From the NCBI GenBank assembly GCA_963818355.1, contig CAWFSB010000039.1, positions 45,052-109,051 of the forward strand: 64,000 nt of DNA, written 5' to 3'. The translations under genes and the position numbers were made by a program. This DNA is from an uncultured Acidobacteriota bacterium. GTDB taxonomy: Bacteria > Acidobacteriota > Vicinamibacteria > Fen-336. Positions 40,727 through 50,519 of this stretch are shown here, piece by piece; position 1 is the first letter of the stretch; every line of letters begins with the position of its first letter. Under the pieces are notes generated by a model. That model was given only the letters and a program-made list of their open reading frames with translations. It did no database searches and was not told the DNA's origin.

Positions 40727-40846
40727 CGAAGCGACCCGGGCCGGGCTCCCCGGTCCGGGCGGGCAAGGGGGTGGCGGGCGAACGGCCCGCCGCCCCGTCT
40801 CCCAGAGGCGCGCTCGGCGGACGCCGATCTGCGGTAATCTCCACCG

Positions 40847-41730
40847 ATGGCCGAGCGCATCGTCGTCTCCCTCACCAGCGCGGACCAGGAGTACCAGGCG
40901 TTGCAGGGTGAGGACGCCCGCGAGGCGGGCCGGCGGGTGGGCGTCGACGTCGAGGTCCTCTTCGCCGAGGACAACGGGGTGCTGCAGATCCAGCAGCTGT
41001 TCCGCTGCGATGCATGCGCGCGAAGGAGAGCGGCCGGCGGCGCTCCTCGATCCACACGCGCGTCGCCGACGGGCTCGAGCGGGTCGCGAAGAACGCGGCC
41101 CGGGCCGGCGTCGGTTGGTTCCTCCTCAACCGCACCGCGCCCTACGTGGACGCCTTGACAGGCGAGCGCCCGCGACTCGCGATCGCGGCGGTGACCACCG
41201 ATCACGTCGAGGTCGGGCGGATTCACGCCCGCCAGCTCGAGCGGCCTCTGCCCGGACGGATCGTCACGTGCTGTACGTGCAGGGGCCGGCGGACGACGTC
41301 CGCGGGCCAGCCTGCGGCTCAGAGGCCTTCGAGGAGGCGTCGCGCGGGCGGTCCGTACGACCTCAAGGTGGTGAACGGCGAGTGGACGGCGGCGAGCGCG
41401 GAGAAGGCGGTCAACGCCGTGGCTGCGACTGCGAGACCTCGGAGCACTTCCGCCCCGCGCGCGGTGGTGTGCCAGAACGACAACATGGCGCGGGGGGCCG
41501 AGAACGGCCCTCGGCGGCCTGCGGTCGGAGTGGGGTCGCGTGCCGTTCCTAGGCTGCGACGGGCTGCCGAAGGGAGGGAAGCTCGACGTGGACGAGGGCC
41601 GCCTCGCGGCGACGGTCACGATGCCTTCTGCGCCAGCCCCGCGGTCGACCTCGCGGTGAAGTGGATCCGGGCCGGCGCGGTCCCGCCGGCCCAGACCGTC
41701 CTCGCGCCCTCCGCCTACCCCGCGCGGTAG
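40847..41730 (+). CDS. periplasmic-binding-protein type I (sugar-binding/LacI-core-like) protein, heavily frame-disrupted (at least 4)
   Basis: MAERIVVSLTSADQEYQALQGEDAREAGRRVGVDVEVLFAEDNGVLQIQQL... then GVGWFLLNRTAPYVDAL, AAVTTDHVEVGRIHARQ, VVCQNDNMARGA, ...VDLAVKWIRAG. These pieces lie in ORFs 40847.., 40908.. and 41014..41730. I see no signal peptide or HTH. Confidence 0.5.
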
Positions 41731-41757
41731 GCCCGCGGGCTATGATGCCCGCAGCCC

Positions 41758-43496
41758 GTGAGCCCACAGCCCCCGCCGACCCCGCCTTTCGCCCTCGTCC
41801 AGGACGGCGGCCGCTTCCTGCTGTTCGAGGCGCCGCTCGCGACGATCGAGGCGCGTGACGCGGCGGGCGTGCGCGCGGCGCTCGAGGAGGCGGACGCGGC
41901 GCTCGCCTCGGGCCGCTTCGTGGCGGGCTTCCTGGCCTACGAGGCGGCGGCGGCCTTCGGCTTCGCGACCCGGCCGCCCGATCCCGACGGGCCCCCGCTC
42001 GTCTGGCTCGGGGTCTTCGAAGCGCCGCGCGAGGCCGAGCCGCCGCGGGCCGACCCGGGCGCCCCGGCCCCGGTCGCGCGCTGGGAGCCCGCCCTCGACG
42101 AGGCCGGCCACGCCGGGGCCCTCGCCCGCATCCACGAGAGCATCGCCCGGGGCGACACCTACCAGGTCAACTTCACGTTCCCGCTCCGCGCCCCGCTCGC
42201 CGAGGAGCCGCTCGCGCTCTTCGCCCGGCTGCTGGCGACGCAGCGCCCCCGCCACGCGGCGCTCGTGGACCTCGGCCGCTTCGCGGTGGTGTGCGCCTCG
42301 CCGGAGCTGTTCTTCCGCCTCGAGGGGGGGCGGATCACCACGCGGCCGATGAAGGGGACGGCCCCGCGGGGGCTCACCGTGGAGGAGGACGAGGCCCAGG
42401 CCGCCGGCCTGCGCGAATCGGAGAAGGAGCGGGCCGAGAACCTCATGATCGTGGACATGCTGAGCAACGACCTCGGGCAGGTGGCCGAGGTCGGCAGCGT
42501 GGAGGTGCCCGCGCTCTTCGAGGTCGAGCGCTACCCGACGCTCCTGCAGATGACCTCGACCGTGACCGCCCGCAGCCGTGCCCCGCTCTCGGAGCGTCCT
42601 GGCGGCGCTGTTCCCCTGCGCGTCGGTCACCGGCGCGCCGAAGAAGCGCACGATGGAGATCGTCGCCGCCGCCGAGGCCGCTCCCCGCGGCGTCTACACC
42701 GGAGCGGTGGGCTGGGCGGGCCCCGACGGGACCGCCTCGTTCGGCGTCGCCATCCGCACCGTCCTCGCCGACCGCGAGCGGGGCCTCGCCAGCTTCGGCG
42801 TCGGCAGCGGGGTGGTGGCCGACTCGACGGCCGCGCGCGAGTACGAGGAGTGCCTGCTCAAGGCCCGCATCCTCGACGCGCCGGCCTTCGCGCTCGTCGA
42901 GACGATGGCCTTCCACCCCGGCGAGGGCTACCGCCGGCTCGAGGGCCACCTCGCCCGGCTCGCCCAGTCCGCGAGGCACTTCGCCTTCCCCCTCGACATG
43001 CGGCGGGTCGAGGAGGCGCTGCGGCAAGCCGGGGCGGCGGGGACGCCCCTGCGGGCGCGGCTCCTCCTGCACGCCGACGGCCGGGTCGAGGTGCAGGGCA
43101 GCGCCCTGCCCCCGGCGCCCACCCGCCCGCTGCGCGTCGGGATCGCCGCGCGCCCCGTGGACCCCGCGCAGCGTCTGGCTCCACCACAAGACCACCCGCC
43201 GCGAGATCTACGACGCGGCCGTCGCCTCGCGCCCCGACTGCGACGACGTGCTGCTGTGGAACGACCGCGGCGAGCTCACCGAGTCGAGCGTCGCCAACGT
43301 GATCGCCGAGGTGGGCGGCCAGAGGCTCACCCCGCCCCTCGCCTGCGGGGTCCTCCCCGGCGTCGAGAGGGCGCGCGCGATCGCGGAGGGGCGCGCGCGC
43401 GAGGCCGTCGTCCGCCTCACCGACCTGCGGCCCGGCCAGCGGCTCTGGCTCGTGAGCTCGCTGCGCGGCGTGCGGGAGGCCCGGCTGGTCGGCTGA
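41758..43496 (+). CDS. fused aminodeoxychorismate synthase component I / aminodeoxychorismate lyase-like (PabB-PabC) protein (2 frame disruptions: ~42595, ~43170)
   Basis: Chorismate-binding motifs GDTYQVNFT, SPELFFR, TTRPMKGTAPRG, EKERAENLMIVD, PCASVTGAPK, GVYTGAVGW. A class-IV aminotransferase-like C-terminal domain follows (HHKTTRREIYD, LLWNDRGELTESSVANVI, GVLPGVERA). Confidence 0.8.
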
Positions 43497-43547
43497 CGGG
43501 GCGCCTCCGGCGCGCGGCTATACTCGACGGAACGGGTAGCCATTCCA

Positions 43548-44760
43548 GTGCCAAGGGTTCGCCGCGCCGTCGCCTTCGCCATCACCGCCCTCGGCGTGTG
43601 CCTCGCCGCGGCTGGCGCCCGCGCGGCGGAGCCCGTCTCCTTCCTCGGTGGTCGCGTGCGCCTCGGCGGCGAGGTGAGCGGGACGATCGCGCCCGACGAC
43701 CACGGCTGCTTCAACTACAGCGACTACGAGGTGAGCACCCTGCGCCTCTTCCGGGTGGACCTCGCGGCCGAGGCGCGCGCTCGCGTCCTTCGCCTCGGTG
43801 CTCTTCGACGTCCGCAGCGACAACCTCGAGGCGCCGCGCGTCTACGCGCTCTACCTCCGCCTGCGGCCGTGGGCGGCCCGCGAGCTCGACCTCCAGGCCG
43901 GCCTCGTGCCGCCGGTGTTCGGCGCCTTTCCGCGGCGGCGCTACGCCTCGGACAACCCGCTGCCCAGCGTGCCCCTCGCCTACCAGTACCTGACGAACCT
44001 GCGCGAGGACGCGGTGCCGTCGCGGTCGGAGGAGCTCGTCGCCCAGCGCGGCCGCGGCTGGCTGGTGCGCTACCCGGTCGGCTCGCCCGAGCCCGGGCCG
44101 GGCCTGCCGCTCGTGAACGGCGAGCGGTGGGACACCGGCGTGCGAGCTGCGGCTCGGCCGCGAGCCCACTGTCCCTCGCGCTGGCCGTCACCCAGGGGAC
44201 GCTCTGCTACCCGCGGGTGAGCGACGACAACGACGGCAAGCAGGTCTCGGGCCGCCTCGCCTGGACGCCGTCGCCGGCGCTCGTGGCCGGGGTCTCGGGC
44301 GCCGCGGGCGAGTTCCTCGCGCGCGAGGTGCAGGACGTCCTTCCGGCGTCCGCGCAGGGCACCTACCGGCAGAAGGCGGCGGGCCTCGACCTCCAGTGGT
44401 CGTCCGGTTACTGGATCGTGCGCGCGGAAGCCGTGTGGAGCCGCTGGAACCTGCCCGCGCTCGAGGCCACGAGGATCGAGGAGCCGCTCGACGCCCTGGG
44501 CGTCTACGCCGAGGCGCGCTACAAGATCCGGCCCGGGCTCTACGCCGCGGCTCGCGTCGAGCGGCTGGGGTTCTCCGAGCTCCCGAGCGCGGCCGGCCGG
44601 CGAACGTGGGACGCGCCGGTGACGCGGGTCGAGGCCGGCGCCGGCTTCTCGCCGTGGCGGTACGTCCTCGCTCAAGGCCTCGTGGCAGCACAACTGGCGC
44701 GACGGGGGCGCGGTCCGGCAGAACGACCTCGTGGCCGGGCAGGTGGTCCTGTGGTTCTGA
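43548..44760 (+). CDS. putative outer-membrane beta-barrel protein, family not recognised (3 frame disruptions: ~43780, ~44140, ~44680)
   Basis: GTG 43548. Signal peptide MPRVRRAVAFAITALGVCLAAAGARA. Alternating beta-strand-like segments. C-terminus ...NDLVAGQVVLWF* (TGA 44758-44760). Confidence 0.55.
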
Positions 44761-45431
44761 GAGGCGCGCTCGCCGTGACGCTCGGCCTCCTCGCCTCGGC
44801 CGCCGCCCCCGCGCAGGTGACCAGAGCGGCGGGCGGCGTCATTCGCGGCCGGGTGGAGGTCCGCCGCGAGCCGGGCGCGGCCGAGGGGCGCCCGGCCGTG
44901 GCCGAGCTCGGCCGCCACGGCCCGCGCGACGCGCCGGACCGCCGGCGCAGCGTCGTCTACCTGGAGGACGGCGCCCCAGGCCGCGTTCGAGGCTCCCGCC
45001 CCCGGCCGCGCCGTCCTCGACCAGCGCGAACGAGGCGTTCGTCCCCTACGTGCTCGCGCGTGACCGTGGGGAGCACGGTGGACTTCCCGAACAGCGACCG
45101 CTTCTACCACAACGTGTTCTCGCTCTCGAAGCCGAGACGGTTCGACCTCGGCCGCTACCCGAGCGGCCAGTCGCGCTCGGTGCGCTTCGACCAGCCCGGG
45201 CGTCGTGCGCGTCTTCTGCGAGATCCACTCCCACATGAGCGCCTTCATCCTCGTCTTCGCGCACCGCTACTTCGCGACCACCGACGCCGAGGGCCGCTAC
45301 CGCATCGAGGGCGTCCCGCCCGGGCACGTACACGCTCGCCGTCTGGAACGACGGCGCAGGTGCGCGCGCGCCGGGAGGTCCGGGTGGTCGCGCCCGGGCG
45401 ACGTGGTCGAGCAGGACTTCCGGTCGAGTGA
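44751..45431 (+). CDS. exported cupredoxin-like protein with amicyanin-type ligand pattern plus a carboxypeptidase-regulatory-like C-terminal part (at least 3 frame disruptions)
   Basis: GTG 44751 overlaps the barrel gene by 10 nt. Signal MVLRGALAVTLGLLASAAAPAQ. VTVGSTVDFPNSDRFYHNVFS...VRVFCEIHSHMSAFILV (His...Cys-x2-His-x2-Met). Then TTDAEGRYRIEGVPPG.Y.LAVWNDG. Stop TGA 45429-45431. Confidence 0.6.
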   Translation: MVLRGALAVTLGLLASAAAPAQVTRAAGGVIRGRVEVRREPGAAEGRPAVAELGRHGPRDAPDRRRSVVYLEDGAPGRVRGSRPRPRRPRPARTRRSSPTCSRVTVGSTVDFPNSDRFYHNVFSLSKPRRFDLGRYPSGQSRSVRFDQPGRRARLLRDPLPHERLHPRLRAPLLRDHRRRGPLPHRGRPARARTRSPSGTTAQVRARREVRVVAPGRRGRAGLPVE

Positions 45432-47150
45432 TGGCGCGACCCCTCGGCTCGCTCCGCTCGCGCGTCTTCGCGGCCACCGCGCTCGTGGCCGTGCTGCCCA
45501 CCGCCCTGGCCCTCGGCCTCGCCACGCGCCGGGTGACCCAGGAGGCCGAGGCGGAGCTCGCGCGCGGCCTCGGGGAGGCGGTGCGGCTCGTCGAGCAGTA
45601 CCACCGGGCGCGGCTCGAGACCGGCGATGGAGCGCGCCTCGCTCGTCGCCGACCTGCCCAAGCTCAAGGCCGCGGTCGCCGAGGCCGACCCCCGCACCGC
45701 CGAGCCCGTCGCGCGGGACTACCGCGACCGCGTGCGCTCGGACGTGCTCGTGCTGACCGACCGCGACGGGCGGACCCTCGTGTCGCTCGGGGCGGACGCC
45801 GCCGGCTGGACGGACCTCGCCCGGCCGTTCCGGGTGGAGCGCGGGCGGCTCCTCGAGACGGTCGACGCCCCGATCCTCCTCGGGGCCGAGGCCCCGGAGG
45901 TGCTCGGCCATCTCACGCTCGGCTTCGCTCTCGACGACGCGTTCGCGGCGCGCCTGCGCGCGCTCACCGGCAGCCACGTGGCGGTCGCGATGGAGCGGAC
46001 GCGTGTTCGCCTCGACGCTGCCGCGCCGCGACGACGCGGCCCTCCTGGCGGCCGCCGGGGGCACGGGGGTGCGCGAGGGTCGACCTGGAGGGCGAGGAGC
46101 ACGCGGGCCTGAGCGCGGCGCTCGGCGCGGGCGCGACGGCACCTCTCGTCCTCGTCCTGCGGTCCCGCGCGGAGGCGCTGCGCCCGCTGCGCACGCTGCG
46201 CACGGCGCTCGCGGTCGCCGCGCTCGTCGCCGTGGGCCTGGGACTGCTCCTGAGCTGGGCCCTCGCGCGCACGGTCACGCGGCCGCTCGCCGCCCTCACC
46301 GACGCGATGAAGGAGATCGCGGCGACCGGCGACCTCGGCCGCCGCCTCGGGCCCGGCCGGCCCTGGGACGACGAGGACGCCCGGCTCGTGGCGCGGACCT
46401 TCGGCGCCCTCACGGACTCGATCGCGCGCTTCCAGCGCGAGGCCGCGCTGCGCGAGCGGCTCTCCGCGCTCGGCCGCCTGTCCACCGTGATCGCCCACGA
46501 GGTGCGCAACCCGCTCATGATCATCAAGGGGTCGCTGCGGACGCTGCAAGCGGGAGGGGCCACGGCCAGCGAGGTCCGGGAGGCGGCGGCCGGACATCGA
46601 CCACGAGGTGGCGCGCCTCGACCGCATCGTGGGCGACGTGCTCGACTTCGCGCGGCCGCTGCGCGTCGAGCGGGCGCCGGTCGACGTCGCCGCGCTCGCG
46701 CGGGACGCGGCGCGGGCCGCCCTCGAGGGCGCGGACGGCCTCGGCGGCGCGCTTCGCGCTCGAGCCCTCCGCGGGCACGATCGTCACCGACGGCGAGCGG
46801 CTGCGCGGCGTCCTCGTCAACCTGGTCGAGAACGCCCGCGAGAGCCTGGCCGCGCGCCGGCCGGTCGGGCGGGGAGGCGATCGAGATCGGCGCCCGCGGG
46901 CTCGAGCGCGGGGGCGTCCTCCTCTGGGTCGAGGACCGCGGCCCCGGGATGCCCCCGGCGGACCTCCCGCACGTCTTCGAGCCGTACTTCACGACGAAGC
47001 GCACGGGCACGGGCCTCGGCCTCGCGATCGCCCGCAAGGTCGTCGAGGCTCTCGGGGGGACGATCCGGATCGAGAGCCGCGAGGGCGAGGGCACGCGGGT
47101 CGAGATCGAGCTGCCGGCGGAGGCGCCGCGCGCCCACGGAGGTGCGATGA
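45431..47150 (+). CDS. sensor histidine kinase (at least 6 frame disruptions)
   Basis: The ATG at 45431 is embedded in GTGATG, overlapping the upstream stop. N-terminal TM helix, a periplasmic-size region, a second TM helix ([20 protein letters not shown]) and a HAMP-like segment. H-box [21 protein letters not shown]-box [12 protein letters not shown]-boxes VEDRGPGMP and [18 protein letters not shown]. The probable stop TGA 47148-47150 overlaps the next ATG. Confidence 0.8.
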
Positions 47151-48520
47151 GCTCACCCGCGCGGCAGCATCCTCCTCGCCGACGACGAGGAGGGCATCCT
47201 CAAGACGCTCGGCCGGGCGCTGCGCGAGGACGGCCACGACGTCACGGCCACCGCGAGCGCCGCCGAGGCGGCAGCGGCTGCTCGCCGAGCGCCCGTTCGA
47301 CGTCTTCGTCGTGGACCACCGGATGCCGGGGCGCACCGGCCTCGAGCTCATCCGCGACCTCGCGGCGGCGGTGCCGGAGGCGGAGCGGCCGCAGGTCCTC
47401 ATGATGACCGCCCACGCCACGGTGGAGAACGCCATCGAGGCGATGAAGCTCGGCGCCTACGACTACCTGCAGAAGCCGTTCGAGGTGGACGAGCTGCTCG
47501 TGGCCGTGCGCCGGGCGCTCGAGCACCAGAGCCTCAGCCGCCAGCACCGGTACCTGCTGGCCGAGCGCGAGGAGGACTTCGACCACTACGGCATCGTCGG
47601 CAAGAGCCGCGCGGTCGAGGAGCTGCTGCGCAAGATCGAGCTCGTGGCGCGGTCCAAGAGCACGGTGCTCGTCACCGGGGAGACCGGCACCGGCAAGGAG
47701 CTGGCGGCGCGGGCCATCCACGCCCGCAGCGCCCAGCGCGACATGCCGCTCATCAAGGTGAACTGCGCGGCCATCCCGGAGGCGCTCCTCGAGTCGGAGC
47801 TCTTCGGCCACGTGAAGGGCGCCTTCACCGGCGCCACCGCCAACCGCCGGGGCCGCTTCGCCCTCGCCGACGGCGGGACGATCTTCCTCGACGAGATCGG
47901 GACCCTCGCCCTGCCCGTGCAGGCGAAGCTGCTGCGCGTCCTGCAGGAGCGGGAGTTCGAGCCGGTGGGCTCCGAGCGCACGGAGTCGGTGGACGTGCGC
48001 GTGATCGCGGCCACGAACCGCGACCTGCGGGCGATGGTCGCGGACGGGCGCTTCCAGGAGGACCTCTTCTACCGCCTGAGCGTCATCCCGATCGAGCTGC
48101 CGCCGCTGCGCGAGCGGCCGGAGGACGTGCCGCTGCTCGTCGAGCACTTCGTGCGCAAGCACGCGCAGCGGATGGGGCGGCGGATCGACGGCATCGAGCC
48201 GACGGCCCTCGAGCGGCTCGCGGCCTACCGCTGGCCGGGCAACGTGCGGGAGCTCGAGAACGCGATCGAGCGGGCGGTCGTGCTCGCCACGGGGACCGTG
48301 ATCGACGCCGCCGCCATCTCGATGGTGGAGCCGCCCGCCGCGCCGGCCGCCGGGCGCCCTGCCCTCGGTGCGCCTGCACGAGAACGTCGAGTGGGCGGAG
48401 CAGGAGTCGGTGCGGCGCGCCCTGCGGCAGGCGGGCGGCGTCAAGAAGGACGCGGCCGAGCTCCTCGGCATCAGCCAGCGCGCCCTCAGCTACTACCTGG
48501 GGAAGTACAAGATCGAGTAG
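47147..48520 (+). CDS. sigma54-dependent (NtrC-family) response regulator (3 frame disruptions: ~47160, ~47270, ~48360)
   Basis: REC domain ([33 protein letters not shown]). AAA+ sigma54-interaction domain ([49 protein letters not shown]). Fis-type [25 protein letters not shown]. Confidence 0.9.
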
Positions 48521-48524
48521 GTCC

Positions 48525-48547
48525 CGACCCGCGTGAAACGCGGGTCG
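48525..48547 (+). terminator. hairpin terminator-like element (family CGACCCGCG..CGCGGGTCG-ATCTGG)
   Basis: CGACCCGCG-tgaaa-CGCGGGTCG followed by ATCTGGC, 4 nt after the response-regulator stop. Nearly identical to the element at 26866-26888. Confidence 0.55.
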
Positions 48548-48617
48548 ATCTGGCCGCGTCGTGCGCTCCTCATGAGAAGGCCCGATCGAAGGCCCCGATG
48601 AAGGCTTGGCGCAGTTG

Positions 48618-48676
48618 CCGTACGCCATGGCGACGGGCTTACCGCCTCCGTAACCCGTTACGAGCGGCGTAAGCCC
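48618..48676. promoter_or_regulatory. palindromic elements upstream of the sigma54 promoter (candidate enhancer/UAS)
   Basis: Perfect 10-bp palindrome CGCCATGGCG at 48623-48632. A 42-nt imperfect palindrome at 48635-48676 (GGGCTTAC..CGTAAC-cc-GTTACG..GTAAGCCC). Both lie 50-110 nt upstream of the -24/-12 element. Confidence 0.45.
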
Positions 48677-48725
48677 GCGACGCGGTCTGCGCCCGCATCT
48701 CGCTGATTCGCAACGACCGGCCCTC

Positions 48726-48741
48726 GGGCACGCGACTTGCC
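48726..48741 (+). promoter_or_regulatory. sigma54 (-24/-12) promoter
   Basis: GGGCACG-cgac-TTGCC with GG at 48727-48728 and GC at 48739-48740, which is the consensus spacing of TGGCACG-N4-TTGC. It lies 30 nt upstream of the TTG start at 48771 and just downstream of a sigma54-dependent activator gene. Confidence 0.7.
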
Positions 48742-48770
48742 TCTCGTGACTGGCACATGGAGGCAACGGC

Positions 48771-49146
48771 TTGAGGAAGCGACTTCTCGGGGTTCTGCCG
48801 TGGACTGCCGTCCTGGGCCTGCTGCCCACCGGCGCGGCCTCGTCCGCCGCCGAGGCGGCGCAGCGGTTCGAGGTGACGGCGTCGCGCTACGCGTTCGACC
48901 CCGCGCGGATCGAGGTGCGGCAGGGAGACGTCGTCGAGCTCGTGCTGCGCTCCGCGGACACCGACCACGGCCTCGCGATCAAGGCCTACGCGGTGAAGGT
49001 CGCGATCCCGAAGGGCGGCGAGACCGTGGGGGTCTCCTTCGTGGCCAGCCGCGCCGGGACCTTCCCGATCGAGTGCTCGGAGTACTGCGGCTCGGGCCAC
49101 AAGCGGATGAAGGGCGAGCTCGTGGTGACGGAGAGGGCCGCAGTGA
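48771..49146 (+). CDS. exported CuA-type (cytochrome oxidase subunit II-like) cupredoxin-domain protein; 3' end uncertain
   Basis: GGAGG is 7 nt upstream of TTG 48771. Signal MRKRLLGVLPWTAVLGLLPTGAASSAA. FEVTASRYAFDPARIEVRQGDVVELVLRSADTDHGLAI...FPIECSEYCGSGHKRMKGELVV (His...Cys-x3-Cys-x3-His-x2-Met). No clean in-frame stop, so an indel is assumed near 49125-49146. Confidence 0.65.
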
Positions 49147-50078
49147 GGGCCGCGGGTCTCGTCGCCGGCTCTGGCTCTCCTGGCGTGGCTCGGGCTCCGG
49201 CGCGCTGCCGCGCCTCGGCCGACGACCCGCGCCGTCCCGTGCCGCGCGAGCGCGCAGGCCGCCACCGCGCCCGCGCCTGCCCGCCTACGACGAGGACCTC
49301 GACGCCGATCCCGGCCGAGCCCGACTTCAACGTCATCACCCTGCCGACGAACCTGCGGCTGCCGAAGCACAAGCTCGCCTTCCGCCTGACCCACCGCTTC
49401 GCGCGGGCGCTCGGCGAGGGGAGCTTCGGCGACCTCGCTCGCGACTTCTTCGGCTTCGACGGCGGCGCCCAGATCGGCTTCGGCCTGCGCTTCGGCCTCT
49501 TCCGCGGCACGCAGCTCGGGATCTACCGCACGAGCGACCGCACGATCCAGCTCTCACGCCCAGCAGGAGCTGCTGCGCGAGGGCAAGCGCCCGGTCGGCC
49601 TCTCGGTCGTGGCCTCCGTCGAGGGGCTCAACAACTTCGGCCTCTCCTCGGCGCCGGAGGGCGCGACGCTCCACGAGTTCTCGCCGTCGGTGGCGCTCGT
49701 CGTCTCGCGCCGCCTGGGCACGAGGGCGCCGTCTACGTGGTGCCCTCCTGGGTCGGGAACACGCGCATCACCCCGTCGGCCCCCGGCGACCGAGGACGGG
49801 ACGCTCGTCCTCGGCCTCGGCGCGCGGCTGCGCCTGACGAAGACGATGTCGCTCGTCGGCGAGGTCCACCCGCGCCTCGCCGGCTACGCGGGCGACCTCG
49901 GCTCGGGCGACCCGGCCTCGCTCGCGACGTTCGGCGTCGAGTGGCGCGTGGGCGGGCACGCGTTCCAGATCAACTTCTCGAACGCCCTCGGCACGACGCC
50001 GGCGCAGGTGGCGCGCGGGGCAGCAGGGGCGTCGAGGGCTGGTTCATCGGCTTCAACCTGACGCGCAAGTTCTATTGA
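49143..50078 (+). CDS. beta-barrel protein, DUF5777-like (at least 4 frame disruptions; 5' end uncertain)
   Basis: Pieces join to ...DFNVITLPTNLRLPKHKLAFRLTHRFARALGEGSFGDLARDFFGFDGGAQIGFGLRFGL.., ..VYVVPSWVGNTRI.., ..TFGVEWRVGGHAFQINFSNALGTTPAQ.., GWFIGFNLTRKFY*. A signal-like segment ALALLAWLGL occurs near 49170-49200. Confidence 0.5.
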   Translation: MRAAGLVAGSGSPGVARAPARCRASADDPRRPVPRERAGRHRARACPPTTRTSTPIPAEPDFNVITLPTNLRLPKHKLAFRLTHRFARALGEGSFGDLARDFFGFDGGAQIGFGLRFGLFRGTQLGIYRTSDRTIQLSRPAGAAARGQAPGRPLGRGLRRGAQQLRPLLGAGGRDAPRVLAVGGARRLAPPGHEGAVYVVPSWVGNTRITPSAPGDRGRDARPRPRRAAAPDEDDVARRRGPPAPRRLRGRPRLGRPGLARDVRRRVARGRARVPDQLLERPRHDAGAGGARGSRGVEGWFIGFNLTRKFY

Positions 50079-50090
50079 TGGAGGACGCGA

Positions 50091-50497
50091 ATGAAAGGAA
50101 GACGAAGACGCCTCGACCGCCGCGAGTTCACGCTGGCCTCGGCCCTGGCCATCCTGAGCGGCGTCGCGATCACGATCACGTCGGCCTGCGGCGGCGGGGG
50201 CAGCTCGCCGTCCACGCCGAGCACGCCCACGCCGACCCCGACGCCGAGGCCGACGCCGGCCGCCGCCGGCGACAAGATCGGGGTCGTGGCTCAGCAACCA
50301 CGGGCACGCGCCGTGATCACCGCCGCCCAGCTGACGGCCGGCGGGCGCGCTCAACCTCGACATCCGGGGCACGCCGACCACACCCACACCGTCGAGCCTC
50401 GCGCGCGGCCGAGGTCACCTCGATCGCGGCGAACCAGCACGTGTCGAAGGAGTCGAGCACCGACAGCGCGCACAGCCACACCGTCACGTTCAACTGA
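50091..50497 (+). CDS. Tat-signal lipoprotein with three H-x-H motifs, unknown function (at least 3 frame disruptions)
   Basis: MKGRRRRLDRREFTLASALAILSGVAITITSAC (twin-Arg plus lipobox), then a Pro/Thr/Ser linker. Reconstructed core ..LSNHGHAPVITAAQLTAGGALNLDIRGTADHTHTVELSRAEVTSIAANQHVSKESSTDSAHSHTVTFN*. Confidence 0.55.
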
Positions 50498-50519
50498 CCG
50501 GTCGCCTTCCGTGATCGCC

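Noticed and set aside
43494-43524. TATACT (43519-43524) as the -10 of a promoter for the barrel gene 43548.
   Set aside because: The best -35 candidate (TGACGG) is 19 nt away and does not fit the N18 pattern seen elsewhere. This is too weak to call.
48750-48766. A second sigma54-like element, CTGGCACATGGAGGCAA, just upstream of the TTG start at 48771.
   Set aside because: The GC of the -12 box is one nt too close to the GG. The element overlaps the GGAGG RBS and would leave almost no leader. The upstream GGGCACG-N4-TTGC has the correct spacing.
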